Below, one piece after another: positions 40,511 through 40,949 of a DNA stretch of 40,949 nucleotides (positions are counted from its first letter, which is position 1; every line of letters starts with the position of its first letter). The translations under genes were made by a program, and so were the position numbers. The notes beneath the pieces were generated by a model. That model was not told the origin of the DNA. It saw only the letters and a list, made by a program, of their open reading frames with translations, and searched no databases. Origin of the DNA: Candidatus Woesearchaeota archaeon (GTDB lineage: Archaea > Nanobdellota > Nanobdellia > Pacearchaeales > GW2011-AR1); the NCBI GenBank assembly GCA_964544725.1, contig CAZJDG010000004.1:1-40949 (forward strand), read 5' to 3'.

Positions 40511-40949
40511 TTATAGTTCCTTAACAAGTTTAATTATTTTACTTTTGATTTCCTCCCGACTAAGAGGAATTTTTTCACTTTCTTTTTCTTTATAAATAAT
40601 ACCATAAATATCACAAATACCTTTGGCAATTCCTTTTGCTATCAATGGAATATTATTTAAAACTTTCTCCATATCAGAATTACTATCAAGAAAAGCACAC
40701 TCAATTAAATTCGCCCAGCAATTAGTTTTTCTTATCCAACTAATCTGTTCGTGGAAAGAAAGTATGTCTGATTTAGCCCCTCTATTTTTAATCCCAGTTG
40801 TTTCACAATAAGCATCTATTAACTGCTTTGCTTTTTTTCTTGATTTACCAAACCATCCAAAATAATAAGCTTCTGCTCCCTCTTTGCCTCCTGTATTAAA
40901 ATGAATATCTAAAGCGTATCCATCATCAATTTTAAATGCTCTTTGATTT
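40511..40949 (-). CDS. N-acetylmuramoyl-L-alanine amidase (Amidase_3 family endolysin), C-terminal 145 codons; N-terminus lies beyond the right edge
   Basis: My translation of the open frame: ...GYALDIHFNTGGKEGAEAYYF...GIKNRGAKSD...NCWANLIECAFLDSNSD...IAKGIAKGI...VKEL-stop. The order DIHFN, E-AYY, RG-K and E-FL-N--D is the Amidase_3 pattern. Confidence 0.85.
   Translation of the reverse strand, partial: NQRAFKIDDGYALDIHFNTGGKEGAEAYYFGWFGKSRKKAKQLIDAYCETTGIKNRGAKSDILSFHEQISWIRKTNCWANLIECAFLDSNSDMEKVLNNIPLIAKGIAKGICDIYGIIYKEKESEKIPLSREEIKSKIIKLVKEL

Noticed and set aside
2414-40811. All remaining plus-strand ORFs in the track (for example 2414..2626, 5496..5699, 7268..7474, 8225..8489, 10742..10927, 21360..21593, 28748..29053, 31194..31601, 34013..34267, 37822..38082, 40623..40811)
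   Set aside because: Each is antisense to a longer, motif-bearing minus-strand gene. Their F/L/S/I-rich composition is what is expected from reading AT-rich coding DNA backwards, and there is no independent start context.
1-40949. Alternative genetic code (stop-codon reassignment)
   Set aside because: Long uninterrupted ORFs with recognisable domains tile the whole minus strand under the standard code, so no recoding is needed.

Overview
Visibly AT-rich, almost gap-free segment of a tailed dsDNA phage genome. Every credible gene is on the minus strand; the plus-strand ORFs in the track look like antisense artefacts. Reading the minus strand from right to left: (1) the end of a late operon, with the C-terminal part of an Amidase_3 endolysin (runs off the right edge), a holin-like gene and a rho-independent terminator; (2) a consensus TTGACA-17-TATAAT promoter and about 16 kb of small early genes. 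These include many CxxC zinc-ribbon and small membrane proteins, a PD-(D/E)XK nuclease, an SSB-like protein ending in DGIPF, an HTH replication initiator with four internal iterons, a duplicated two-gene cassette and two HNH genes; (3) a three-gene envelope module (two-TM protein, secreted 3D-domain protein, membrane-anchored transglutaminase-like protease); (4) putative terS and terL; (5) an 11.4-kb glycan-synthesis island whose first gene overlaps the terL stop. It holds 6 glycosyltransferases, 3 methyltransferases, 2 sugar-phosphate nucleotidyltransferases, an RmlB-like dehydratase and a NodB-like deacetylase; (6) an HNH gene, portal, MuF-like protein, another HNH gene, a prohead protease-scaffold fusion and the major capsid protein; (7) a fibre-like ORF that runs off the left edge. 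The main candidate for something new is the large glycosylation island between terL and the portal gene, which has no membrane or export components. Other notable items are a tRNA-Leu-derived tRNA-like element and a related pseudoknot-capable element in intergenic gaps, junction duplications that mark cassette insertions (including one HNH gene), candidate origin iterons inside the initiator gene, and two separate cell-wall-active modules. All functional calls come from motifs read by eye; no database search was possible.
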